Virus record (IMG/VR): IMGVR_UViG_3300024989_000227
DNA: 20,000 nucleotides
Direction: 5' to 3' (one strand)
Origin: an uncultured virus (IMG/VR IMGVR_UViG_3300024989_000227)
Taxonomy: Duplodnaviria; Heunggongvirae; Uroviricota; Caudoviricetes
This document shows, piece by piece, positions 1-7,463 of this stretch. The notes below the pieces were generated by a model. The model was given only the letters and a program-made list of their open reading frames with translations. It made no database searches and had not been told where the DNA came from. A program made the position numbers and the translations under genes. Position 1 is the first letter of the stretch. Each line of letters starts with the position of its first letter.

Positions 1-2
1 CC

Positions 3-359
3 AAGGGCAGCAACCTTCGCAACCGGCTCACAGAACTGTCGTCGCTCGGCCTGGTCACCTATCCGCAAGCCGGCACAGTATCTCTCACCGATGCTGGCGT
101 CAGCGCCGCACCGTCGCCCGACACCAGCAAGACCTTGATCGACAGCATCCGCGCCGTTCTGACCAACCCGCAGTTGCAACTGTTCGATGCTCTCTTAGAT
201 ATCGGCGCCGAGATAGAGCGAACGGTTCTCGCTGGGCGCGTAGGTTGGGAGGCGACTGGCAGCAATCTGCGGAACCGCCTGACCGAACTCAGCCAGCTCG
301 AGATCGTCGAATATCCGCAGCGCGGCACCGTCATGCTGCAAGGGTGGGTGGTGTCATGA
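3..359 (+). CDS. C-terminal end (5'-truncated by window) of a protein with two tandem winged-helix-like repeats
   Basis: Frame open from base 3 to TGA 357-359. The motif GSNLRNRLTELSxLxxVxYPQxGTVxL occurs twice, at 6 and 258 (84 codons apart). The stop overlaps the next ATG (ATGA). The ORF track shows only the 135-359 part. Confidence 0.75.
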   Translation, partial: KGSNLRNRLTELSSLGLVTYPQAGTVSLTDAGVSAAPSPDTSKTLIDSIRAVLTNPQLQLFDALLDIGAEIERTVLAGRVGWEATGSNLRNRLTELSQLEIVEYPQRGTVMLQGWVVS

Positions 360-2194
360 CTGCGCTCGACACCAAGATGGCGGAAGCGCTGCGAACATCC
401 GGCCGCGGGTTCGGACCCGGAGGATCAGGAGCGCCGCCGGCACCGGTCACCCCGCCGAAGCTGGTGCCACGTACAATCCGCGAAAGCGACATTCTTCTCG
501 GTCACGCCAGCAACGGCGACCAGATCGGCATCGATCTCGGGAGGCTCGTCGAAGGACGACTTCTGATCCAGGGAAACAGCGGCGCGGGCAAGTCGATGCT
601 GCTGCGCCGACTCTTCGAACAGGCGTGGGGAAGAATTCAGCAGGTCCTCATTGATGTCGACGGCGAGTTCTCGACCATCGCTGAAAAGTTCGACATTGCC
701 GTTGTCGACGCCGCCGAGATGAAGAGGGTGGGTGGCGCTGCACTCGGCTCGCACCTGCGTCAGCATCGCTATAGCGCCATCCTCGATCTATCCGACGCCA
801 CAGCAGAGGATCGCTTCATCATCACAGCGGATCTCGTCACGGCGCTCGTCGATGCCGGCAGCGATTTGTGGCACCCGATGCTGTTGCTGATCGACGAGGT
901 CCAGTCTCTCGCACCGCGCTACGATCCGGGCGACGTTGAAGCCGAGATTAGGAAGCGCACCATTCGGGCCATGGCCGACGCCATGACGCGCGGCCGCAAG
1001 CGCGGCATCGCCGGCGTGGTCGCGACGAGCCGGATAGCCGAGACGTCCACACCAGTTATCGCCAAACCTACCAACATCATCGTCGGCCGGACCATCTTCG
1101 ATCGAGACCTGGAGCGCGCCGGCGATGTGCTCGGCTTCACGGCTGGCCACAGCCGGGCGCTCCGGACCTTGTCCGATGGCGAGTTCATCGGGATTGGTCC
1201 GGCATTCAACGCGCCTGGTCGATCGAGGTTCAAGGCCGGCGGCGTCGAGACCAGACACAAGGGCGAGACTCCGAAGATCGAAGCGCCGCCGACGATTGCT
1301 GCGTCCGACGCCATCGCGCTGCTCGGCAAAGTGCAGACGGACGAGCAGGCGACATCGACCACGATGGTCGTCCGTACCGCAAAGGCTGGGAAACGCGGGA
1401 TCGATTGGGCGCAGGAACACGACAAGATCATCCGCGACGGGTATGCGGCCGGGAAGCCGTTAGCTGACATCGGCAATGACCTCGCCGCCGCCGGCCTGCA
1501 GGTGTCGACGAGTGGCATCTCTACCCGCGCGCATGCGCTGGGCCTCATCAGCCAGAAGGCTATCTTGGGCTGGCAGCGAGAAGAGGACGAGATTCTTCAG
1601 GACGGCTATCTGAAGGAGCTGAAAATCAACGAGATCGTCACGCGACTTGCGGAGAGCGGCTTCAGCCGCGGGCGTGTCGCGGTTCAGATGCGCGCGATTG
1701 CGCTCGGCATCACCCGCGACCGCGTCAACTATTGGACGAAGGATGAGTCCGACATTGCCCTGAAGGGGCTCGAAGAAGGCAAGTCCACGCGCGAGATCAT
1801 CCTCGACCTCAAAGCCGCCGGCTTTGAGCGCGGCGTCACCAGCATAACGAAGTACGCCCAGCGGCATGGTATCAGTCGAAACAGCGCCGTTCCGTGGACC
1901 GCCGACGATATCGCGACGCTGACGACTATGTACAACGCCAACAGGTCGATCGCCGAAATCATGCAGGCGCTCGATCGTTCGCGTGGCTCGATCCAGTCGA
2001 TGGCCAGCCAACTCGGTCTAAAGCAGCGTTTGCCGTGGACCTCCGACGAGAAGGATGTCCTTCGTAAGGCGCAGGCTGACGGCCTCAAGCTCGTCGACGT
2101 GCCGGCTCTGTTGCCCGGTCGCACATATGCAACGGTTGCCCGAATGGCCGGGCAGCTTCGGTTGGATTTCCTGCGAAAGGGTCAGACGAAATGA
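356..2194 (+). CDS. HerA/FtsK-superfamily (DUF87-like) P-loop ATPase with five C-terminal Myb/GcrA-like HTH repeats, 612 aa
   Basis: Walker A GNSGAGKS (572-595), LIDVDGEF, Walker B LLLIDE and RGRKRGI, as in HerA-like ATPases. Five W-x-x-E/D-x-x-x-I/L...LG repeats from 1406. ATG 356 is preferred over 245 because of ATGA coupling with the upstream stop. Confidence 0.85.
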   Translation: MTALDTKMAEALRTSGRGFGPGGSGAPPAPVTPPKLVPRTIRESDILLGHASNGDQIGIDLGRLVEGRLLIQGNSGAGKSMLLRRLFEQAWGRIQQVLIDVDGEFSTIAEKFDIAVVDAAEMKRVGGAALGSHLRQHRYSAILDLSDATAEDRFIITADLVTALVDAGSDLWHPMLLLIDEVQSLAPRYDPGDVEAEIRKRTIRAMADAMTRGRKRGIAGVVATSRIAETSTPVIAKPTNIIVGRTIFDRDLERAGDVLGFTAGHSRALRTLSDGEFIGIGPAFNAPGRSRFKAGGVETRHKGETPKIEAPPTIAASDAIALLGKVQTDEQATSTTMVVRTAKAGKRGIDWAQEHDKIIRDGYAAGKPLADIGNDLAAAGLQVSTSGISTRAHALGLISQKAILGWQREEDEILQDGYLKELKINEIVTRLAESGFSRGRVAVQMRAIALGITRDRVNYWTKDESDIALKGLEEGKSTREIILDLKAAGFERGVTSITKYAQRHGISRNSAVPWTADDIATLTTMYNANRSIAEIMQALDRSRGSIQSMASQLGLKQRLPWTSDEKDVLRKAQADGLKLVDVPALLPGRTYATVARMAGQLRLDFLRKGQTK

Positions 2195-2493
2195 CCCGCG
2201 AACGCCGCATCCTCCCATACATCGAACGATATCTCGGCCCGGTCGCGATCGCGCAATTCATCGACGTAGGCTGGTTCACGTTCTGGCCGATCGGCATCAC
2301 CAAGGCTGGCCAGAAGGCGTTTCGTATTGGTTTTGGCTTCTGGGATGGCAACCGCCAGGCGTTACCGATCGCGTGCACGGAGATCGTCCGCGAGATCGGG
2401 TACCCCTATCCGAACTGGCCCGGGCGTCTGCAACGCCTGCCGAAAAAATCCAGACCCGACGATGGTGGCGATGACAATGAGGATGACGAATGA
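2191..2493 (+). CDS. Hypothetical protein, 100 aa, acidic C-terminus
   Basis: ATGA overlaps with both neighbours (2191-2194, 2490-2493). No recognisable motif. Confidence 0.65.
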   Translation: MTRERRILPYIERYLGPVAIAQFIDVGWFTFWPIGITKAGQKAFRIGFGFWDGNRQALPIACTEIVREIGYPYPNWPGRLQRLPKKSRPDDGGDDNEDDE

Positions 2494-2927
2494 AGTGTTA
2501 CATTTTTGATATCGACGGGACGCTGTCGAACACAGCGCACCGTCTGCACCACATTCAGAAGTCACCGAAGGATTGGGACAGCTTCTTCGGCGCGCAGCAC
2601 CTCGATCGTGAGCATAGGCATGTCGTCGGCGTGGCGCTTTTGCTTGCGCTCACGACGAAGATTGTCTTTTGCACGGGCCGTCCTGAAACGTACCGGGAAG
2701 TGACCCGAAGGTGGCTGAATAGGTGCGGGTTCGATTCTTACAGCCCGCTTTACATGCGTCCGGCCAACGATCGGCGCGACGACGACATCATCAAGAGCGA
2801 ACTGCTCGACCGGATGATCCTGGACGGCTTCGATCCGATCATGGCTTTCGACGACCGAGATCGTGTCGTGGCGATGTGGCGTGCGCGCGGGGTGCCGTGC
2901 GCCCAGGTCGCCCCAGGCAATTTCTGA
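2490..2927 (+). CDS. HAD-superfamily phosphatase resembling the 3'-phosphatase domain of T4 polynucleotide kinase-phosphatase (stand-alone)
   Basis: Motif I FDIDGTL, motif II CTGR, LYMRP..DRRDD.IIK, motif IV FDDR..VV.MWR..G..C.QVA.GNF. No kinase P-loop domain. Confidence 0.88.
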   Translation: MKCYIFDIDGTLSNTAHRLHHIQKSPKDWDSFFGAQHLDREHRHVVGVALLLALTTKIVFCTGRPETYREVTRRWLNRCGFDSYSPLYMRPANDRRDDDIIKSELLDRMILDGFDPIMAFDDRDRVVAMWRARGVPCAQVAPGNF

Positions 2928-3001
2928 ATTGGCATTCGTTGGCTGACGGGAGCGAGGACAACGCCGACACTGACCGGGATTTCACAACAGGGGATTTGAA
3001 C

Positions 3002-3583
3002 ATGACCAAGACTGCAATCTTCATCGACGGTGCCAACGTATACGCGACTGCCAAGGCGCTAGGCATAGAGATCGATTACAAAGCACTGCTGGCAGAGTCC
3101 AATCGCCGCGGTACCGTGGTGCGAGCCTTTTATTATACGGCGGTGCTGGAGGGGCAGGAATTCTCCTCGATCCGGCCGTTGCTTGATTGGCTCGATTACA
3201 ATGGGTTTTCCGTCGTCACCAAGCCGACGAAGGAGTTCGTCGACGCCGCGGGACGCCGGAAGATCAAGGGCAACATGGATATCGAGCTTGCCGTTGATGC
3301 GCTCGAGCTGGCGCCTCACGTCGATCACATCGTCATTTTTTCCGGCGATGGCGACTTCCGGTCCGTGGTGGCGGCGGTCCAGCGCCGCGGCGTTCGTGTA
3401 ACGGTCGTCTCCTCGATCAAGACCCAGCCGCCCATGATCGCCGATGAATTGCGTCGGCAGGCCGATGTGTTCGTCGATCTCGTATCGCTGAGGCACATCA
3501 TCGGCCGCGATCGAACCGACCTCGACCCAGCGCAATCCCACACCAGGTTTGCAGTATCTCCCGACACAGCCCCGACCACGTGA
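3002..3583 (+). CDS. NYN-domain (LabA/DUF88, PIN-like fold) putative ribonuclease, 193 aa
   Basis: IFIDGAN, KGNMDIELAVDA, FSGDGDF and ADELRRQAD carry the acidic PIN-type residues. ATG 3002 follows a purine-rich RBS (AGGGGA); the ORF-track start at 2723 overlaps the phosphatase. Confidence 0.92.
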   Translation: MTKTAIFIDGANVYATAKALGIEIDYKALLAESNRRGTVVRAFYYTAVLEGQEFSSIRPLLDWLDYNGFSVVTKPTKEFVDAAGRRKIKGNMDIELAVDALELAPHVDHIVIFSGDGDFRSVVAAVQRRGVRVTVVSSIKTQPPMIADELRRQADVFVDLVSLRHIIGRDRTDLDPAQSHTRFAVSPDTAPTT

Positions 3584-3595
3584 GGAATAGATAAA

Positions 3596-5305
3596 ATGGA
3601 TACCATTGACATCCCGCTTTCCAGCCTGAAGCGCGACCCGGCCAATGCCCGTAAGACCGAGCTCGCGCCGCTTAAGTCCTTCATCTCATCGGTGAAGGAG
3701 CACGGCATTCTCGAGCCCATGACGGTTCGGAAAGGCGAAAATTGCTACTTCGTCACGAACGGCGGCAAGCGACTCTCCGCGCTCGAGCATCTCGTCCAGA
3801 AGAAGGAGATCGACGCCAAGATCACGGTACCGTGCATCGTCCGGGAAGTCAGCGATACGGATGCGCTCGATATCAGTCTCGCCATGAACCACATGCGCGA
3901 GGATATGCACCCGGTCGATGAATACGAAGCGTTCGCGAAGCTGATCGCGGATGGCACGACGGAAGATGACATTCGCAAGCGGTACGGCCTGACCCCGCGT
4001 GAACTGGCGCAGTCGCTGGCGCTAGGCCGGCTGTCGCCGGCGATCCGCAAGGCCTGGGCGGCAGGTGAACTTGAGGAGGAGGTTGCCCGCGCCTTCACCT
4101 TGGAGTCCGATCAGAAGCGGCAGGAGGAGATATTCAACCGCAACTTCGGAAAGCGGAAGGGCGGCGCGACCGCCTACATGATCCGGCAGGCGATCGTCGG
4201 TGACGGCCGAACCGCCGGCGCGATGCTTCGCTTCGTTGGGCTCGATGTCTACCGCGATGCCGGCGGCGCTACGACCGAGGATTTGTTTTCTGACGAGAAG
4301 GGCGCAGGACCGATGGCGACGGACCTGACGCTGCTCAAAAAGCTCTATGACAAGAAAATCAAGGACCGCGTCAAGGAGCTAAAGGCCGAAGGCTGGAAAT
4401 GGGTCGAGTATCAGTCCGATCTCCCGTCTGGTGCTTATTACTGGCCATCGACCGCGAAGACCAAGATCAAGGCTGAGGATCGCGGCAAGTATGGCGTGAT
4501 CGTCCACGTCAACAACTACAGCGCCGAGGTCGAGTTCAAGTACGGTGTTCAGAAGCCGAGCGCGGCAAGCAAGAAGAAGCCGGCCAAGACCAAAGACGGC
4601 ACGCTGGAGGTGGCGCTGTCGGCTACGCTCTGCGACAAGATTTCCAATCAAATTACCGAGGCGGCGGCGTCGGTTCTCCGCAACGATCCGAACTTGGCGC
4701 TCGCCGTCGCTGCTGCTTCGTTTCTCAGCTATCACGGCCCGTCCGATATTCGAAGCAATCGCTTCGTGACCGATTTCGACGATGAGGATGAGTTCGCGGT
4801 CAACCTGGTCGTTATGCGGGGAAAAACGACCGACGAACTGCATAAGGTGATCGCGGATGTCGCGGCGAGGTCTCTTCATCTCGGCGGGCAGTCTGTGCAC
4901 AGCCTTCCGCTGGCGGAGCGTGAGGACGGCGATAGCGATACCGCAGCGCTGCTAAACGCACTCGACGCCAAGCAACTCAACGCGGCGCTGCGTACCGCGT
5001 TTGATGCGGCCGGATATTTCGCCGGCATCCCACGCGAAATGATCGTTCTGGCGATCAAGGAGATCGACGGCGCACAGCCGGTCAACGTGAACGGGAAGAA
5101 GGGAGATCTCGTCAAGCTGGCGACCGAGTTGGCAGCGGCGTCGAATGCCGGCGGTAAGCCGGGCTACCTGCCACCGGAAATGCGGACAGCGTCCTACAAC
5201 GGCCCGCAGGCGAAGAAGGTCGCTCCGGCGACAAAGCCCGCCAAGCCGCCGGCCAAGACCACCAAGGCAAAGTCGGTGAAAACTGCGAAGAAGAGGGCAG
5301 CCTGA
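3596..5305 (+). CDS. ParB/RepB/Spo0J-family N-terminal domain protein (long mobile-element type), 569 aa
   Basis: IPLSSL..DPANARK, HGILEPMTVR, VTNGGKRLSAL, NHMREDMHPVDEYEAF, then an HTH region. Lys/Ala/Pro-rich tail. RBS GAGGA upstream. Confidence 0.85.
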   Translation: MDTIDIPLSSLKRDPANARKTELAPLKSFISSVKEHGILEPMTVRKGENCYFVTNGGKRLSALEHLVQKKEIDAKITVPCIVREVSDTDALDISLAMNHMREDMHPVDEYEAFAKLIADGTTEDDIRKRYGLTPRELAQSLALGRLSPAIRKAWAAGELEEEVARAFTLESDQKRQEEIFNRNFGKRKGGATAYMIRQAIVGDGRTAGAMLRFVGLDVYRDAGGATTEDLFSDEKGAGPMATDLTLLKKLYDKKIKDRVKELKAEGWKWVEYQSDLPSGAYYWPSTAKTKIKAEDRGKYGVIVHVNNYSAEVEFKYGVQKPSAASKKKPAKTKDGTLEVALSATLCDKISNQITEAAASVLRNDPNLALAVAAASFLSYHGPSDIRSNRFVTDFDDEDEFAVNLVVMRGKTTDELHKVIADVAARSLHLGGQSVHSLPLAEREDGDSDTAALLNALDAKQLNAALRTAFDAAGYFAGIPREMIVLAIKEIDGAQPVNVNGKKGDLVKLATELAAASNAGGKPGYLPPEMRTASYNGPQAKKVAPATKPAKPPAKTTKAKSVKTAKKRAA

Positions 5306-5598
5306 TGCCAAAGAGCATCGGCGAGCAAATCATCGACAGGGCCTGTCTGGCCACCGTCGACGCGCAACCGCTCGCGGCTGAGATCGATGCCGCGATTGCC
5401 GATGCCTTCAAGGTGGGTTTCGAGCACGCTGTTCACGGCGGCAAAGAGGCGGCCCGCAAGCTGCCGCAGATCAAAAACGCCTTGCCGCTGGTTATCTATT
5501 TCGTCAACGACGCCGACCGGAAGGAATTTTCCGACGCGATGCACGAGGCGAAGCCCGGCCTGGTCGAGTGCAGGATTCCGGAGGGACGAAATGGCTGA
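5305..5598 (+). CDS. Hypothetical protein, 97 aa
   Basis: TGATG coupling to the ParB-like stop; fits the operon tiling. Confidence 0.65.
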   Translation: MPKSIGEQIIDRACLATVDAQPLAAEIDAAIADAFKVGFEHAVHGGKEAARKLPQIKNALPLVIYFVNDADRKEFSDAMHEAKPGLVECRIPEGRNG

Positions 5599-6013
5599 TG
5601 TCACCGGTCCAATATCCACGCTGCGCGGCGCGCGCCACAAACTTCCAGACGGCCAGATGTGTGACGATCACCCGGATCGTCCCGCGGTTGCTCGCATTCA
5701 AGGCGAAACTGACTCTTTCGGCTCCGAGATGAACGACCTGTGCCAGGAATGCCTGCACAGGTATCGCGACTGGCAGAATTCGCCTGAAGCCGCTGAGGCG
5801 CGCTCCGGCCGTTGTGAATGGTGCAAATCCGAGGTCACCGACCTTCGAGATGCCCGCGATTTCGACGAGGGCCTGTCGGGGCGCGTCTACCGCATCTGCG
5901 GTGCCTGCATCAAGAAACAGAACGAGCGTCTCGCCGAGGAAGCGGACGAATTCGACGACGGTGTTTGGGATGACGACGACTATGACGACTATGAGGAGGA
6001 CGATCAATTATGA
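5591..6013 (+). CDS. Cys-rich putative zinc-binding protein with acidic tail, 140 aa
   Basis: CDDH...CQEC and CEWC...CGAC pairs. ATG 5591 follows GGAGGG. D/E-rich C-terminus. Confidence 0.75.
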   Translation: MADVTGPISTLRGARHKLPDGQMCDDHPDRPAVARIQGETDSFGSEMNDLCQECLHRYRDWQNSPEAAEARSGRCEWCKSEVTDLRDARDFDEGLSGRVYRICGACIKKQNERLAEEADEFDDGVWDDDDYDDYEEDDQL

Positions 6014-6417
6014 CCAATACTGAATCGGTACCGTCAATCGATCCGAGCGACAACGCCAAAGAGAACGATGGCTGGGAATGGGCAATCGTTGAGATTATGG
6101 GACATCGCAAGCATGCCGGCCGCGTGCGGGAGGAGGAACGCTTTGGCAGCAAGATGCTGCGAATTGACGTGCCGACGTTCGCGCCGGCGCGCACGCTGTT
6201 CGATGCGGCCGACGGCAAACCGGACACTCCCGAAATCGTTTGGCAGACGCACTATTATAGCGGCGGCTCGATCTTCAGCTTCACGTTAACCGACGAAGCC
6301 TCGGTGATGCAGGCGAATAAGCCCTACGAGTCCCCGTATCGGATGCGTTTGCCGCCGCCTGAAGCGCCGCAGAACGACGAATATTCCGACGCCGGCTACG
6401 ACGACGAGGAGGGGTAG
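6010..6417 (+). CDS. Conserved phage hypothetical protein, 135 aa
   Basis: WAIVEIMGHRKHAGRVREEERFGSKMLRIDVP...YYSGGSIFS resembles a recurring phage family (recognised from memory). ATGA overlap. Confidence 0.75.
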   Translation: MTNTESVPSIDPSDNAKENDGWEWAIVEIMGHRKHAGRVREEERFGSKMLRIDVPTFAPARTLFDAADGKPDTPEIVWQTHYYSGGSIFSFTLTDEASVMQANKPYESPYRMRLPPPEAPQNDEYSDAGYDDEEG

Positions 6418-6421
6418 CCAG

Positions 6422-6535
6422 ATGGAATATCTCAACTGGGCGGCCGAGCATTGGCTGCTGACCATCGTCCTGGCATCCATCGCGGGTGTCACGCTGATAG
6501 GCGTCGCCGCCGGTATCGGAGGTTTGCGCCGATGA
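6422..6535 (+). CDS. Small single-pass membrane protein, 37 aa (not in ORF track)
   Basis: MEYLNWAAEHWLLTIVLASIAGVTLIGVAAGIGGLRR. GAGGAGG upstream, stop overlaps next ATG, fills the gap between neighbours. Confidence 0.65.
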   Translation: MEYLNWAAEHWLLTIVLASIAGVTLIGVAAGIGGLRR

Positions 6536-6753
6536 TGTCGCGCGACGGGCACCTCGACTGGTGCAAGCAACGGTCTCTTCAGCACCTGAACTCAGGCGAC
6601 GCGGCAGGCGCAGTGGCGTCGATGATTAGCGATCTCGGGAAGTGGGAGAAGCCGCTTTACGATCCGGCGGTGTTTCGGACGCTCGTGATGGACGGGATAA
6701 TGTTCCGCAAGACGGCCGCTGACGTACAGAACTGGATTGAGGGGTTCAACTGA
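6532..6753 (+). CDS. Conserved phage hypothetical protein, 73 aa
   Basis: HLDWCKQRSL...AVASMISDLGK...WIEGFN. GGAGG RBS upstream; stop coupled to next ATG. Confidence 0.72.
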   Translation: MMSRDGHLDWCKQRSLQHLNSGDAAGAVASMISDLGKWEKPLYDPAVFRTLVMDGIMFRKTAADVQNWIEGFN

Positions 6754-7463
6754 TGTCGCGCGATATCCCGATCATCTTTGGCGCGGCGATGGTGCAGGCG
6801 CTTCTCGCTGACCGCAAGAGCATGACGCGACGGCTGGCGTGGCGGAATGAACACGACGAGTGCATCTCGGAATCTGAACTCCAAAAACTTCAGTCCAGGG
6901 GTTGGGATGCGATAGACGGGGATGGGGACAGTGTCACGCTCGCAAAGCGTTCAGCCTGGCAAGAGGTGAAGATCGGTGATCGGCTTTGGGTGCGAGAGTC
7001 CGTTCAAGCCGAGCCTGATGCCGACGGTTGGGATGGAGTGCGATACCGTGCCGACAAAAAGTGGATCGGTTCAACTGCTGACAATGCGAACGAAGCGGAT
7101 AGATTCCTTGCCCTCTATCACTACGGAAAGAAGCGCGGCGTCGGTGTTCCTTCAATCCACATGCCGCGCTGGGCTTCTCGCCTGACACTGATCGTCACCG
7201 TCGTGAAAATCGAGCGGCTGCAAGATATCACCGAGGCCGATTCGATCGCAGAAGGCGTGGTCGAGGACGACGGCAGCGAGCCGGATATCTTCTACGTCCC
7301 CGGCGCCAGTCTCCATCACGCGGACAAGGCGTCGAAGGTTTTCCGTTATCTGTGGGAGTCCATCAACGGGCTGGATTCATGGACAGCGAATCCGGAGATC
7401 GTGGCGCTGTCGTTCCGTGTCATCCAAGCGAACATCGATACACTGGAGGCGACGTCAGCATGA
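6753..7463 (+). CDS. Phage ASCH/PUA-like domain protein, 236 aa
   Basis: Family signature PIIFGAAMVQALLADRKSMTRR...GDRLWVRE...PSIHMPRWASRLTL...ERLQDITEADSIAEG...LWESING..SW.ANP. Confidence 0.8.
   Translation: MSRDIPIIFGAAMVQALLADRKSMTRRLAWRNEHDECISESELQKLQSRGWDAIDGDGDSVTLAKRSAWQEVKIGDRLWVRESVQAEPDADGWDGVRYRADKKWIGSTADNANEADRFLALYHYGKKRGVGVPSIHMPRWASRLTLIVTVVKIERLQDITEADSIAEGVVEDDGSEPDIFYVPGASLHHADKASKVFRYLWESINGLDSWTANPEIVALSFRVIQANIDTLEATSA

Noticed and set aside
245..355. ORF-track N-terminal extensions (245 for the ATPase; likewise 2723, 5387, 6451, 7352, 8980, 10759)
   Set aside because: They overlap the preceding real genes; downstream ATGs have an RBS and/or stop-start coupling.
2928..3001. 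74-bp intergenic gap with a weak GTTGGC/GCCGAC pairing, considered as an ncRNA or terminator
   Set aside because: Short stem, large loop, no U-tract and no recognisable RNA family.
356..3583. Assignment to a named HerA defence system (Sir2-HerA, DUF4297-HerA) or to NurA-HerA
   Set aside because: No Sir2, DUF4297 or NurA partner is recognisable in the window.
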